The notes beneath the pieces are model-generated. The model was not told the origin of the DNA and ran no database searches. It saw nothing but the letters and a program-made list of their open reading frames with translations. Shown piece by piece: positions 1 through 14,827 of a stretch of DNA of 64,000 bases. A program made the position numbers and the translations under genes. The stretch's first letter is position 1; every line of letters starts with the position of its first letter. This DNA is from Octopus vulgaris (lineage: Eukaryota), in the NCBI GenBank assembly GCA_951406725.2, contig OX597825.1, positions 12,772,001 to 12,836,000 of the forward strand, written 5' to 3'.

Positions 1-613
1 TGTTTCATTCAGGATTTTGTTTAGGGAAAACATGCTAAACAGATAACAAACGACACAGCGAGTTTCCTTGAAAAATTCCACAATTACTATTGATTTCTCC
101 TGAGTTAATAGTTGTCGAGTTCGTGTTGACATTTAATGTCGTTTTCTAGGACTTCATGACATGAGATACAAAATTCATTAAAACTGGTAAAGTCTGGATG
201 TCTCTCGGCATTTCTCTATCCAGCTGTGAGGACAAATATCAAAAGCCTTCTGGTAGTCTATCTAGGCAACCGAGTGATGGATTTTCCTGTTTTGATAATC
301 AAGAATCATTTTGTTAAGCAGCAGTTGTTCCCTGCATCTATGTGGCCCACGTTTACAGCCATATTTATACATCAGGGAAATTTTGCTGTTAATGAGAAAA
401 GCATATGCGCCCTCGAATAAGACAGATGCAAGAATATTGTAAATAGTTGTAAGGCGTATTTAATTAATTTGTTTTCGAATTTCACGTTGTTTACTGTTGG
501 TAAATATTAAGGTAGTAGTATACTTCCTTGCATTATAGCAATCTTCAAGGTCCCAGGTTGTGACAAGATTGTTTCAACATATACTTATAGATATGAATGT
601 GTGTGGTATATAT

Positions 614-858
614 AAGGCGGCGAGCTGGCAGAAAAGGCGGCGAGCTGGCAGAAACGTTAGCACGCCGGGCGAAATTCTTAGCCGTATTTCGTCTGTTGTT
701 ACGTTGTGAGTTCAAATTCCGCCGAGGTCGAATTTGCCTTTCATCCTTTCGGGGTCGATAAATTAAGTACCAGTTACGATGTAAATCGACTTAATACCTA
801 TGTCTGTCTTTGTTTGTCCTCTCTATGTTTAGCCCCTTGTGGGTAATAAAGAAATAGG

Positions 859-859
<1 letters not shown>
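614..859 (+). mobile_element. tRNA-derived SINE, family A, with a duplicated 20-nt head
   Basis: Head aaggcggcgagctggcagaa occurs twice (614, 634). B-box-like gagttcaaattcc, core gcctttcatcctttcggggtcgataaattaagtaccag, tail agccccttgtgggtaataaagaaa. More than 10 copies in the window. Confidence 0.85.
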
Positions 860-906
<47 letters not shown>

Positions 907-938
907 TGTGTGTGTGTCTGTGTCGTATCTATACGTGA

Positions 939-980
<42 letters not shown>

Positions 981-1680
981 AAGTATATATGCATGCTTGT
1001 TCGTGTGTATGCATGTTCATACACACACTCACACACACGTATGTATTTATGTGTGTACTCATGAGTATGTGTGTATAGTGTTTCTGCGTCACTTTTAAAA
1101 CTTGCCTCAAAATAATTTTCCTTTCCATAATCTTTTCTCCGTAGTCAACATTTCTTTTTCTCTCTTTATATGCTTTTTCTCTCCCAATTTTGCATATCCC
1201 GATTACTATCTGAAACGAGCCTGTTTTTGCGCATGTCTAATAATCTATATATTTGGGACTTCTTGCGTAAAAAAAAACAATGATAAATATAAGAATACTA
1301 TTCTTATCTTGTCGCGTATGTATTCATGTAATAATATATATACGAAATTATGTCTGCTGCGTACTCTAGTAGAATTCTGAAACCCATTGGGAGTTGCCAC
1401 ATTTAGTGAAATCTCGTAACACATCTCGCTCATAACATAACACAACAATATTTAATAGATTGATAAAGGAATGATTGAACGTAGATCTATTTAGATGTGC
1501 ACGTTTGTATATGTAATAATGTATTTTCGTTGAGTTGTTTGTGAGATTCCAAATATACAGGAGAGCAGCGTTTCGTTGGCATGTACTTTTATACACGGTG
1601 CGATAAACTAATAACTCTGATATATCTAACGCCATTGTGAATTTTTTCTTTGTTGGTACAAACATTTGCATATACATACA

Positions 1681-1762
<82 letters not shown>

Positions 1763-1850
1763 TAGATATAGATAGATATACATATATACATATGTATATA
1801 TATATGCATATATATATATGTGTATATATATATAAATATATATATAATAT

Positions 1851-1934
<84 letters not shown>

Positions 1935-2725
1935 TAAATGAGGGTGGGCGTTAGCGCTTCATCTACGTGCATATATATAGCTATATGTATATGATAACGT
2001 GTTAACGTGTACATTTATGTGTTTATGTATTCATATAAATGTGAGTGTGGTGGGGTATGTGTGTGTGTGTGTGTGTGTGCTTGTGCATAGTTGATTTGTG
2101 CTCTGATTTCTGAGTTCTTGTATGCGAAAACATGTGAAGATGTGTTGTATGTGATTGCGCGAAAGCGTAAAGCATATTTCGCGGGCGAGCAGGCTTTCGT
2201 ACTGTGTGCATGAGTGTGCACGTGTGCACGTGCATGAGTTTATGTGTGTATGTGTGTGCGTGTGAGAGAGTGTATGTTTGGGTGGCTGTATGTCTGTCTC
2301 TGTTTATACGCACGTGTATTTAGCTACGTAGTCGTTATTTCATGTCTTTGAGTGTAGAAATGTTATTTATTATTCCAGGCGCCATTGCGGTATGTATGTT
2401 GGCGTATGTGTATTATTTCTTTCAAGTGTGTTCGTGAGAACCACACCTCGTCTTTCTCACTCTCTCTTACATTTTTACATGCATAATATACATAACATAT
2501 ATATAAATATATATATATATATATCCATCTATTCCTCACCTTCTGTGTGTGTGCGTGTATATATATGTATATATTTGTATGTATTTACATATATATATAT
2601 ATATATATAATCATATATATATGAATACATACATACATATATATATGTATATAGAATTAAATACATATATATGAATATATATGTATATATATGCATATAT
2701 ACACATATATAAATGTAAGTATATA

Positions 2726-3579
2726 CAGTGTGCGATGGGTAAATTGCTGCCATAATACATTTTTTATTTCGCGCATGCGCGAGATTTTCTTTTGATTTTG
2801 TCGACTTCATAGCCTTGTAGGGTCAGTTGGTTACGGTCTGAGAGAAAAACAGGACGCTAACGCAAATCACTCCGCAAGATATTTGGTAAAGGCACATATT
2901 GTACTGCATGGAATTCGCGCCGGAAGCTCCATTATGAAGAGTTCAGAGTGTTTGGGTGCCAACCTTATGACAGGGCAATCAGAGGACATGCACCGAGAGA
3001 GATAAAAATCAAACATCCAGTCAACATTATGGCGTTTGGAGTGATCGCTAGTGATGGTGACGTTATGCCTCAATCCACGTACCCAGAAAGCCCCATAACT
3101 CAATGCAGAGGCCCACATCAAGCGCCTGGAGGTAGTACTGTCCTGGATGAAGACGTTGACTGTTGCGAGACACTATATCTGACCGTGCCACAAACGCAGG
3201 AGAGCCCAGTCATGTCAGTCAGACAATTTATGTGACCACATCACCCCTAACATCTGGCCAGTTTATTCCACAGACTGCAAGCCCTTCGATTATTATATGT
3301 GGCGTCCAGTTGAGCGAGAGACCAACAAAACTCCTTCTAACACCAAAGTTAAAGTGAAGGCAAGGATTACGGCAGCATTCACCAACTTCAAGAGTGAGAC
3401 CGTCTAGAAAATATGCGGGGCATTACGAGGTCGTCTGGAGGCCGTGGTGGATGCCAATGGCGATTTTATTGAATAAATATACACATTAGTATCTCAAGAT
3501 ATTTTAAATTTATTTTGATAGATATAATTGTGAAAATGAGATGTCAGTGTATTTTCACTTTTGCTTAATTCACCACACC

Positions 3580-3582
<3 letters not shown>
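2726..3582 (+). mobile_element. Decayed Tc1/mariner element (maT/DD37D-like), internally deleted and frameshifted
   Basis: TA-flanked imperfect TIRs (cagtgtgcgatg / caccacaccctg). Peptides KHPVNIMAFGVIASDGDVMP and, in another frame, IWPVYSTDCKPFDYYMW...RGRLEAVVDANGDFIE* match the WPxxSPDLNPLD transposase C-terminus. Confidence 0.75.
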
Positions 3583-3628
<46 letters not shown>

Positions 3629-3934
3629 GATATATATATATGTATATATATATGAATGTATGTATGTATATATCCACAAGAGAGCAGAAATATAAAACCC
3701 CCTCAGTCACCAAATGGCACATATCAGAGTAATTTTCAAGTAATGAAAATGTAATAAATGTAACAGTCGTGCCTCAGCACTTACTGAAGCAAGTAAAAAA
3801 AAAAATAAAAGATTAAAAAATATGTATATGTATATAATCGTAATACCAGTATATACGCGCGCGCACACACACACACATACATATATATACATATACATAT
3901 ACACACACATATGTATACATATATATATGCATAC

Positions 3935-3995
<61 letters not shown>

Positions 3996-3999
3996 TATA

Positions 4000-4347
4000 T
4001 ACGAATATTTCGTTTTGGGATTTGCTTTGTAAGATTCTTTATGTGAGTTCGTGTGTTGAAGTATATTCTGTTGTGTCTGGGGAGAGTCATTCTCTTTTAG
4101 TGCCTTATTATTTAACACACTCACTGGTAAAATTTCCACTGATCTCTTCCTTTCTTTTTCTAAAAGCTTCGTTGCCTCTTGCAAACTTTTCAATAGTTTT
4201 TAGAATCAAAACTGTTGAAACTATTGAAAAGGCTGGAAGACGCAACGAAGCTTTTAGAAAAAGGAAGAAAGAAATCAGTGGAAATTTTAACAGTGGGTGT
4301 GTTAAATAATAACGCACTAAAAGAGAATGACCCTCTCCATACACAAC
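4000..4347. mobile_element. Fold-back island in a (TA)n array (probable Penelope-like pLTR remnant)
   Basis: Inverted arms 4070-4199 and 4218-4347 (130 bp each, several mismatches), with TA runs on both sides. Confidence 0.55.
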
Positions 4348-4536
4348 TTTTCAAATATATATATAATATGAAATATGGGACAAGAACGCAACAGGCGACA
4401 AAAAGATATCCAGACAGTTAGATGTTACAAAAGGGACGAGAAAAGACAAGGATGGGTCATTCGGAGTTTTCTTTCGCCAGTCGAATTCCAGATTATCTTT
4501 GTAGTTTCGGGTGGTCTATATATATATATATGTATA

Positions 4537-4593
<57 letters not shown>

Positions 4594-4613
4594 TTATATA
4601 TATAAATATATAC

Positions 4614-4803
<190 letters not shown>

Positions 4804-5166
4804 ATGTGTATATACATATATACATATACATATATGCATGCATATATATATCAATACATATGTATATACATTTTAATATATATATATATATACACACAGA
4901 GATAGTCACGCTCACACACACACACTCATGCACACACACACACACACATACATATACACTTAAGTATGTTAAGTGTATGTCTTTCATTTATTGAAATAAC
5001 TGAGTGTGAAGGAGGTATTAAGGGAAAAGATATACAGGAAGAGCTTCAGGGTAATAAAAGGAGGATGCGAATTTACCTACGAATGCGTGAGTGATGGTTT
5101 AATGAGTGTGCGTGCCTGCTTGTGTATGCATGCGTCTATGTATGTGCGCGTGCCTCTGTCTGTGTG

Positions 5167-5204
<38 letters not shown>

Positions 5205-5354
5205 TGCATACGAACAAACGCGACAAGAATCACGAGAACACGTACGGTTGATTATATTTAGACGCTCTTCAGCACTTGCGCTGACTGAACAAACAAAACA
5301 CTCGAGAGATGCCGAATACACCTGTTCAATTTGCTAGTCTTTTCTTCTTTCTAG

Positions 5355-5434
5355 GTGTGTCATTGAATAGCGTCTGTTAATGACGTTACCACGGCAACTA
5401 TTAACCTTGGTCGGGCGGGCAGATGAAGATGGAA
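5355..5434 (+). promoter_or_regulatory. Candidate regulatory element or short 5' exon with an RFX X-box
   Basis: GTTACCACGGCAAC (5385-5398) overlaps TGACGT, with a GC box nearby. Polypyrimidine-AG precedes 5355 and ATGAAGATGGAA|GTAAGT ends the segment. Confidence 0.25.
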
Positions 5435-5461
5435 GTAAGTTGGTCGTACGTCGAAATCTAC

Positions 5462-5960
5462 GCCGTCGTCGTCGTCATTGTTATCACCAGTAACATCATG
5501 ATCATCATCATCCTCGTGGTCGACGTCGTCATCATCATCATCATCATCATCATTATCGTGGTCGTCGTCGTCATCATCATCATCATCATCATTATCGTGG
5601 TCGTCGTCGTCATCATCATCATCATCATCATCATCGTCGTCATCATCCTCGTAGTCTTGTTCATCATCATCATTATCACCATCGTCATCGCAATCATAAT
5701 CATCATCACCATCGTCGTTGTCGTCTTCGTCTTAATCATCATCATCGTAATCATCCTCATCAACACCACCACCACCACCACTACCATCACCACCACCATC
5801 ATCATCATCATTGTCATCATTCTTCTCATGATAATCATAGTCGTTGTCGTTGTCATAATCATCATCATCATCACCACCAACACCACCATCACGACGACGA
5901 CGACTATTATCATTCTTTTCACGATCATCATCATCATCATCGTCGTTGTCGTTGTCGTTG

Positions 5961-5996
<36 letters not shown>

Positions 5997-6950
5997 CCAT
6001 CGTCAACATCAGCAGCGGTAGCTGCCTCCTCAGCAATTCCTGCCTCATCATAATTAACATCACCAGCATCATCATTATTATCAGTAACATTATCAGTGTT
6101 ACCAACTTCAACATCAGCATTTAAACTCTTCCCCATCTTCCTCATCCCCATCTTCCTCATCCTCATCACCATCACAAACATCATCGCTCTCTCCCACTCG
6201 TTAACATTTTTACTATTATCATCGCATTCATCCATAATCACCCGTTTTAATCTCCATCATCATTATGGCTATTCACATCATCACCAACATTATTATCTCT
6301 ATAATCTTCACACTCACCTTAATCATCATCATCATCATCATCACCATCATCATCAGTAGCAGCAGCAGCATCAGCATCATCATTAGCATCATCATCATCA
6401 TCACCACTGTCATCATCATCATCTTCATCATTATCGCATCATCAAGATCGTCGTCGTCTTTGGCATCGTCGTCATCATCATCATCATCATCATCACCACC
6501 ACCACCACCACCACTACCATCATAATCATCATCATCATCCTCATATCGTCATCAACATCATCATCATCATCGTCATATACATGATGATCAGCATCACCAT
6601 CACCATCATCATTATTATCACCATCATCATCATCATTGTCGTCATTACCATCATCATAATCATCACATCATCATCATCATCATCGTCGTCATCGTCATCA
6701 TTACCATCTCGCTATCATCGTCATCGTCGTCATCATCATCGTCATCATCATCATCAGCTGCAGCAGCAGCAACAAAATCAGCATCATCAGCGTGATCGCA
6801 CTCTCCGTCCTCCTCTCCATAATATCATCGCCGCCATCATCGTCTTCAACGCCACACTCATAAGCATCATCACTCTCCTCTACCACTCCTACAACCTCCA
6901 CCACCTCCTCCACATCTTCATCATCATCATCATCAAGATCGCCATAACCT
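5462..6950. repeat. ~1.5 kb cryptic trinucleotide tract (CAT/CGT/CAC/CAG)n
   Basis: Direct reading; source of the poly-I/M/H/D ORFs. Confidence 0.95.
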
Positions 6951-7393
6951 AAATCCAAATCCTTTCACCATCCCTAGAAGAAAAGAACAAAAACAACAAA
7001 AACAACAAAAATACAAGTAAAATAAATGACAAAGCGAATGAGATCGTTCATTGAACCAATGGAGAAGATACGTCAGAACTGGAAACGAAAGCGTGATTGT
7101 ATAACAATTCTCGAATCGCTAAGATTAAACAAAATATAGAAATAATAGACAGAGGAGAATTCTGATTAAGAGTGAAGTTTGCTCAGTAGACATCTGTTCT
7201 TAGGCGCTTGCGTTAATATTTGATAAGAACTAATATCTAATATATATTAATTCTATAAGGTAATAGTATTTTAAAACTTCGTATACAAATAGATCTACAC
7301 GTATATACTTGCATACACATTTGGAGCGACATAATGCAGACATACCCGCACACACCAACACGTAGTAAGCCGAACACAGAGTCGTATATGGAC

Positions 7394-7446
<53 letters not shown>

Positions 7447-7528
7447 TGTGTGTGTGTGTGTGTATGTGTGTGAGTGTGTGTGTATATATATATGTATATA
7501 GATATGTATATATAAATATATATGTGCA

Positions 7529-7564
<36 letters not shown>

Positions 7565-7743
7565 ATATATATGCATACATATATACATATATCTTTATAT
7601 ATGCGCACACACATATGATATATATATGTTTATAAATATATAAATAATAATGTATATATATATATGCACATATATATCCGCATACACGTATTATATATAT
7701 GTTTATAAATATATATACAATATGTATATGTAAATATATGTAG

Positions 7744-7813
<70 letters not shown>

Positions 7814-8383
7814 CAAATCGAAAGCTATACAGACACAATCTCATATCTCCTCTCCGTCCTTCTTTTCTTTCATTCTCTCTTCCTCTCCCTCTTTCTCTTT
7901 TCTGTCTCGCTATCCATATCCATACAATCAAGGGCCTTGCATGATTCCCAGTGTATGCACTTTCACGACAAAAAAAAAAACAGACGGAGATCTAACAATC
8001 AATCCCGTGCACTCTTGTTCTTTCTTAATACGAAACTTCACTACAAACCTACTACGCAGCTCAACACTTCACCTCGCTCGTATTCTTTTCTGCCTGCACA
8101 AGTGCTTTTGTTTACATCAGACTACTTAAAGCAGGTAAACAATCTCTAGTGTGATATTATAAAACACCACGAGGAAAGCTACGTGATTCAGATACCAAGC
8201 AGTAACATAATTTTCTGCTGATTTTCTATAATGGTAAGCTACGACAGCGTCAGTGTGTACTGCGATGAAGACAGCAGATGTCATTCACGTCGGTATATAC
8301 ACTAGGTCGAACTGTCATTGAAAGACAGAGTACTACGCTATGCTATCTATCCTCATACATAAACAAAACCATGTAGACTTTCG

Positions 8384-8618
8384 TTTACTCTTTTACTCTT
8401 TTACTTCATTCACTCACGTGGCTGTGTCCATGCTCGAGCACCACCTTTGGTCGAGCAAATCGACCCCAGTCTTATACTTTGTCAGCCTAGTACTTATTCT
8501 ATCGAGCTCTTTTCCCGAACGGTTAAGTTACGGTGAAATAAACACACCAAAATTGGTTGCCAAGCGATGTTGGGGGGGACAAACACAGACACACTAACAC
8601 ATACACACACATACATAC

Positions 8619-8655
<37 letters not shown>

Positions 8656-9094
8656 GTGTTTATATATATATGTATGTATGTATGTATGTGTGTGTATATG
8701 TTAGTGTGTTTATGTTTGCCCCCCCCCATAACATCGCTTGACAACCGATTTTGGTGTGTTTATCTATATATATATATATATAAGAGCGAGTTATAAACAG
8801 TAACTACAACACATCGTGACGTATATTTGCCATTTAAATATGGGTAACCCCTAAAGGTGGATGCTACTGTAGTTTGCAGCCCCACGAAGACACCTCCTCC
8901 AACTGGCTAGATAGATACAGATATAGATATACATTTATACGACGGGCTTCTTTCAGTTTCCATCTATCACATCCACTCACAATGCCCGAGGGTATAGTAG
9001 AAGTCACTTGCCCAAGTTGCCACGCCGTGGGACTGAACCCGGAACCATCTGGTTGGTAAGCAAGCTACTTACCACACAGACCACTCCTACGCCT
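8384..9094 (-). mobile_element. SINE family B (tRNA-like head, CORE-like cttgggcaag segment), interrupted
   Basis: Matches the copies at 26388, 28322 and 40568. Contains internal microsatellites and an unrelated ~120-bp island (8783-8907). Confidence 0.75.
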
Positions 9095-9486
9095 ATTTTT
9101 GTTAGATTCTGTAAATTATGTAAACGACATAGTTTATTAAATTATAGTCAAATTTCAAGATAAGACCACACTGGTATGGGTGTCTGTTTTCTTTGCGAAG
9201 ATATATTCCTCGGAGGCAGTTGCGTCGTCTAGAAAATGGGGGAGGCATAAAAGAAGGTTAAATACAACACGTTTGATATTAGTGATAAGGATGTGTGTTG
9301 ATAGCGGCGTCAAAGTCAAATGACAGGAAGCTGTGAACTATGAAATACAACGTTTGATAGTTGATATTATGCAGCACATGTTCAGGATAAACGGAGCTTA
9401 CTGATAGGAAACTTGAGTCGAACATACACACACATGCACACACATACATACACACACACAACACACACACACACAACACACACACA

Positions 9487-9569
<83 letters not shown>

Positions 9570-10740
9570 GTATATATATGTATAACTTTATGCATATATA
9601 TATACAAATATATATGTATATATAACTATATGTATATATATAAGTGTATATTTATATGTATATATATATATACACATATGCGTTTATATGCAAATATATA
9701 TACACAAATACACACACACACACATATATAAATATTTGTATATAAATCTTCATATATATATATATATATATATATACGCACACAACCATACATGTAAGTA
9801 CTGTATATGCATATGTGTATATCTATGTATATGTGTATGTGTGCGTGCATGTGTGATTGTGTGTGTGTGTATGCGTGTGTACGTGTGTATAATGTTAATA
9901 AGTAAATACTAAATAGTATAAAGTAAACAGCGCTGGAAATATGTAGCAATTATTATTAACGTTTCGCTAATTTAGGTCAGTATCGTGTGTCTTTACTGAG
10001 ATGAATATATCAATTTCTATCTCTATCTATCTTTACCACTCTCGCCTCTCTCTCTCTCTTTCTCTTTCTAAGAAAGATTATTAATATTTCTCTCTCTTTG
10101 TCTTTCTTATTCTATTCACCAAAGTACTTGTATCTCTCTTCGTATAAATCAAGTGAAGCAGGGAAGCAAAAAGGAAGCAAAAATAATAAGTAAAAATAAC
10201 AAAACTAGAAGAAGAAATACTGCAAAAATATTTATTTCATCCTTTCGAAATTAAATGTTCTTATTTAATATCCACCCAACCTCAATATCCACCACTACTA
10301 GCATATTTACCAAAAAAAGATTCGAAAGAGAAAAACATTCTTCTCTTACGCTTAAGCCCCTATTTGACATTGGACACTTATAAGGACAGGTGAAAAAGCG
10401 TATAAACAAAATCATAAAAACACTGTTGACGCTAAGAAAATGAATTCTTCCACTTGACAACCTCTTGTTTCAGAGTTTCAATGAAGATATTCTACGTCAG
10501 TAAATCTTCAAGACCTTGCTAAAAATCAAGAGGATTATTTCTGGTGGATGTTGTTTAGTTCAATTCCGTTTACATTTTATGAAATCTTGTTATTTACCTT
10601 AAACATTTATACTTAAACATGTCAATTATTATTATAAGATTTTCTTTTTTTCTTTTAGTGATATATAAATTGATCCGCGTATCCATGACCTTAAAAATTC
10701 AATACGTGTATATCTGTGTATGTATACGTGGCTATGTATA

Positions 10741-10855
10741 CCTGTGTGTGTATATCTTTGTGTCACTCAGTGCGCCTGTGTGTGTGTATATCTTTGTGTC
10801 ACTCAGTGCGCCTGTGTGTGTGTATATCTTTGTGTCACTCAGTGCGCCTGTGTGT
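10741..10855 (+). repeat. Minisatellite, ~36-bp unit x3
   Basis: cctgtgtgtg(tg)tatatctttgtgtcactcagtgcg repeated. Confidence 0.9.
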
Positions 10856-11409
10856 ATGATTGCTTTTGCATTTATGTGAATACCTGTGTGCGTATATAAA
10901 TGAGTCTGTCTGCATACATTTAGATGTGTGTGTGGTTAACATAAGCGCTTCAAAATGAAGATTATCAAGTTGATCTTTTGTGATTACAAAACAAGCTTTT
11001 TTCCTAGTAAACTGACGGTTTTCTTTTATTTATGATTGCCTTTTCATTCGAAAATCACATACATGAATAGACGAATAAATATTTCTTATATTAATCTCCT
11101 TCTCCAACCTGGTAAACTTCAGAATTAAATCGTAAATTCTAACACGGAATAGAAATTTCAAACATGTTATCTTTCATAGAATAAACCAGAAAACATTAGA
11201 AATGCCGTGATATTTTTTTTAATAATTGTTGCAGCGTTCTAAAGTCACAATATTGTTTATAGGATAATCATGCATTACATTCAGTGATATTACAGGTCAA
11301 TCGACCTGCGTGAATTATCGACCAAATTATACTACAAAGCGCACACTACTATCTTTAAGAATCGTGATTGTCGCAAGAGTATTGCCTTTGATTTTTGGTA
11401 TACCTAGCT

Positions 11410-11625
11410 TGGCAAGCCGGCAGAATCATTAGCATGTCAGATAAAATACTTTGTGGCATTTCGTCCGCCTTTAACTCCAAAGTTCAGATAGCAATGAGGT
11501 CATCTTTGCTTCTCATGCTTCGAGAGCCGATAAAATAAGTACTAGTAGAAGCACTAGTCGATATAATCGACGTCCAATTCCCATCATAAACTAATGGCTC
11601 GGTGCCAAAATTTGAAACCATTATT
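11410..11625 (+). mobile_element. Degenerate SINE family A copy
   Basis: ggcaagccggcagaatcattagca...ctttgcttctcatgcttcgagagccgataaaataagtac resembles family A. Confidence 0.55.
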
Positions 11626-12117
11626 GGTATACTCTGTCAGAACTATAATCAATATGTAAACAAATACAACATCGTGTGTCTCCTGCGAAGATTCTCATGT
11701 GATTTGAACTTAGAGCGTTTCAGATAAATACCAGAATTTTCACAGCAGAAATGATATCGAAAAGAAATGCATCAAAATACAACCGAATATGAAGGAACAC
11801 AAATTAGATCTCTATACCTTTCGCAAGGACATTGCGAGGCGAGGCATTTAGTCTGGCGATTTGCTTTCTTAATCATCTCTATCGAATCTAATATTTTACT
11901 GGAGAAGGTGCTTGTTACTTCAGCGTTTCACAATCAACGATTCGTCAGTGTGTGTGACGAGACACTGCGGGTGAAACTATGAAATCAAATTCCGTATGTA
12001 TTTAGTGAGAATAAAATAATTAAACCCTACATCTCCATACAATTAAAACTGGTATTATAACTTATTTTGTCCTCGACCAATTTTACTCAAAGCGTTCTTT
12101 GAGATTTTCAATATACA

Positions 12118-12167
<50 letters not shown>

Positions 12168-13950
12168 ACTATCTATCTATCTATCTATCATAGTAATTAC
12201 TACGTTTAAGGCTGTATGCCGTGTATAGGAGTGCCATCAGATAGAACCTCTAAACAACCTACTCCCCTAATTATCTATATATACTGCCTCAATTTCCAGG
12301 GCAAACCTTATACCCTATCCTGGTCTTGCTTTGTGGTGGAACCTATACAATGCTAACCTTCACTCGTCTGACTTATGTTGCTGGTAATCTCTCACAATAT
12401 TACGCGAAAATAATATCTTCGTACTTCATCGAAATCTATGATATAACCTTTTCCTACCTACATAAATTTTTCTGCACCTTTACTCTTCATGTAAAATCAT
12501 GGTTTCTCTTCATCATGACTATTTTTCTTTCTTATCACCGTACCTCAGTTCACTCCTATCGCTTCCTCTCTCTAACCTCAACATTTAATTCTCCTACGCC
12601 TCTTTGTCAAGGCGTTGTTGACTCGCAACATAACTGACTAAGTAATCATCAGATTAGACTTTAAAATTATCTTCATTATTTCTGTTCTTTATAAGTTGTC
12701 TTCATGGAGCTGCCGTTCTTCTTCTTATCCTGTTCTTAACTGTTCTCTCTATCTCCCTATTAATATCCGTGTGTCCCCTATTCCTTTAAGCCTTTATATT
12801 TGTTAGCACTACTAGACGACTCATTTGTGCTAAACTACTCCTGATAGTGAACTTAATGTAATGCTTCAACCGGACTGGTCGCTGGTTACATACCTATGAC
12901 ACTATGTGCATAACAGCTCTGAATTATGGTTATTACTTGACTCTTGACTTCTTGAAACAGCCGTCGAGATAAGACATCACATATTTTCTATGGTCAGTAC
13001 ATTGAGCTTATGTAAATACATGTGTCAATCTTAACAGTATTAGTACCTCTCTCTTTCAGTCTATATATGCATATGTGTGTGTCTATGTTTGTGTTTGTGT
13101 GTGTGTCTGTATCTGTTTGTACGTGTGCGTGTGTACGTATGTATGTGTTTGTGTGTATGTGTGTCCGCGTCTGTGTGTCTATCTCTGCGTGTGTGCCTGC
13201 CTCTGTGTGTGTGTTTCTTTGTGTTTTCAGATATGTATATATGTATGTATCATATGGAGAGAAGTTTTCATTCGATGCTGAACGAATTGCGTTTCGATGA
13301 AACGAAGAATTATTTTGGAAAAAAAGTTACGAACAAATACCGTCGCAATGCATTTATCGTTTTCCAATGACGTTATATTGCGATGACTGCAACACAGCGC
13401 TCAGTCTATCATTTGCTTAAAGCTAACTTCGTTGAACTGGTCTAACAATCTTATTCCCTACCGTCTGTCTGTCACAAATTCTGTAGCTAATCTGTATCTT
13501 ATATAAATGCTAGTTTATAACTAGCCGGTTTCAGTTCATTAGCTCTCGGTGTTTTTTAATATAATATAACGTCTGATTAATCCCAAAGGTCTGTCATAAA
13601 CACAGAGAAAAACTATTATATTATTTTAGGTTTATTGACGAGCATCATGGAAGTGTATTAAAATAGGCCGTATTCATAACAGCAAGTAGACTCCAAAGAA
13701 ACGTTTTTGTCCCTGTGGCTTGCAAACTAATTGAAACGTCGCTAATGTCTTCGAAAGTTTACATAAATACAAGTGCCTGAAGTCCTCGCTTACATTCGTT
13801 CAGTCTTCGTGAACTCATGTTTCGTTCTTTGAGACATTTAAAGACAGACGTGTTAAACAACCATAAATTTGTATGGATATTTTATTTTATGAAATCACTT
13901 GCTTTTTACATGAACGAGTAACTAGCTTAGTGGTTTTTCAACCTACCTTT

Positions 13951-14265
13951 GCGCGCCGGGCGAAATGCTTAGCGGTATTTCGTCTGCCGTTACGTTCTGA
14001 GTTCAAATTCCTCAGAGGTCGACTTTGCCTTTCATCCTTTCGGGGTCGATAAATTAAGTACCAGTTACACACTGGGGTCGATGTAATCGACTTAATCTGT
14101 CTGTCAACCCTTGTTTGTTCCCTCTGTGTTTAGCCCCTTGTGGGTAATAAAGAAATAGGTATTCCGTCTGCCGCTACGTTCTTAGTTCAAATTCCTCCGA
14201 AGTCGACTTTGCCTTTCATCCTTTCGGGGTCGACATAATTCTCATGTGCACTGGGGTCGACATAA
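13951..14265 (+). mobile_element. SINE family A, 5'-truncated partial dimer
   Basis: Full body followed by the junction aaagaaataggtattccgtctgcc and a second partial body. Confidence 0.85.
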
Positions 14266-14631
14266 TTCTCATGTGAGCATAAGATCCCGGTATTATTTTA
14301 TGCATTTCTTAATACAGCATTTACTTCTCCTTTATTGGATTCTATAAGTTTTATAAATATCCAGAAAAACAATTTCTCTTTCATGAGGATAAATTGACAT
14401 TAACTGATTTAGAGTATTTGTCGGTACAAATTCGTATATCAGTATAGCAGTATATGGTACTGGTATAGGTAGGTCAGACCACGCTTGTCTGAGTATTTGT
14501 GTATATACGAGTGTAAGGTAGTTGAGATTACGAGGCAGTGATATTCTGTCTTCGGATTGGTTACTATCCGAAGCATAACTATTCACAAACAATTTTACAC
14601 GCGCGTACGCACACATACACACACGTGTACT

Positions 14632-14771
14632 TAGAAGCATGATTGCCAACCACATGGTTCCTGGTTTAGCCCCTCAGCGTTGCATCTTGGGTAAATGTCA
14701 TTTTCTATAGTATCGAACCGACCAAAACCTCGTGAGTAGATTTCTGAGAAGGAAACTGAAAGAAACCCGTC

Positions 14772-14827
<56 letters not shown>

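Noticed and set aside
12838-12970. Possible long-loop hammerhead (ctc-CTGATAG ... GAAACagccGTC-gag)
   Set aside because: The core deviates, stem II cannot be formed convincingly and stem I is only 3 bp. It may be a decayed member of the guild but is unsupported.
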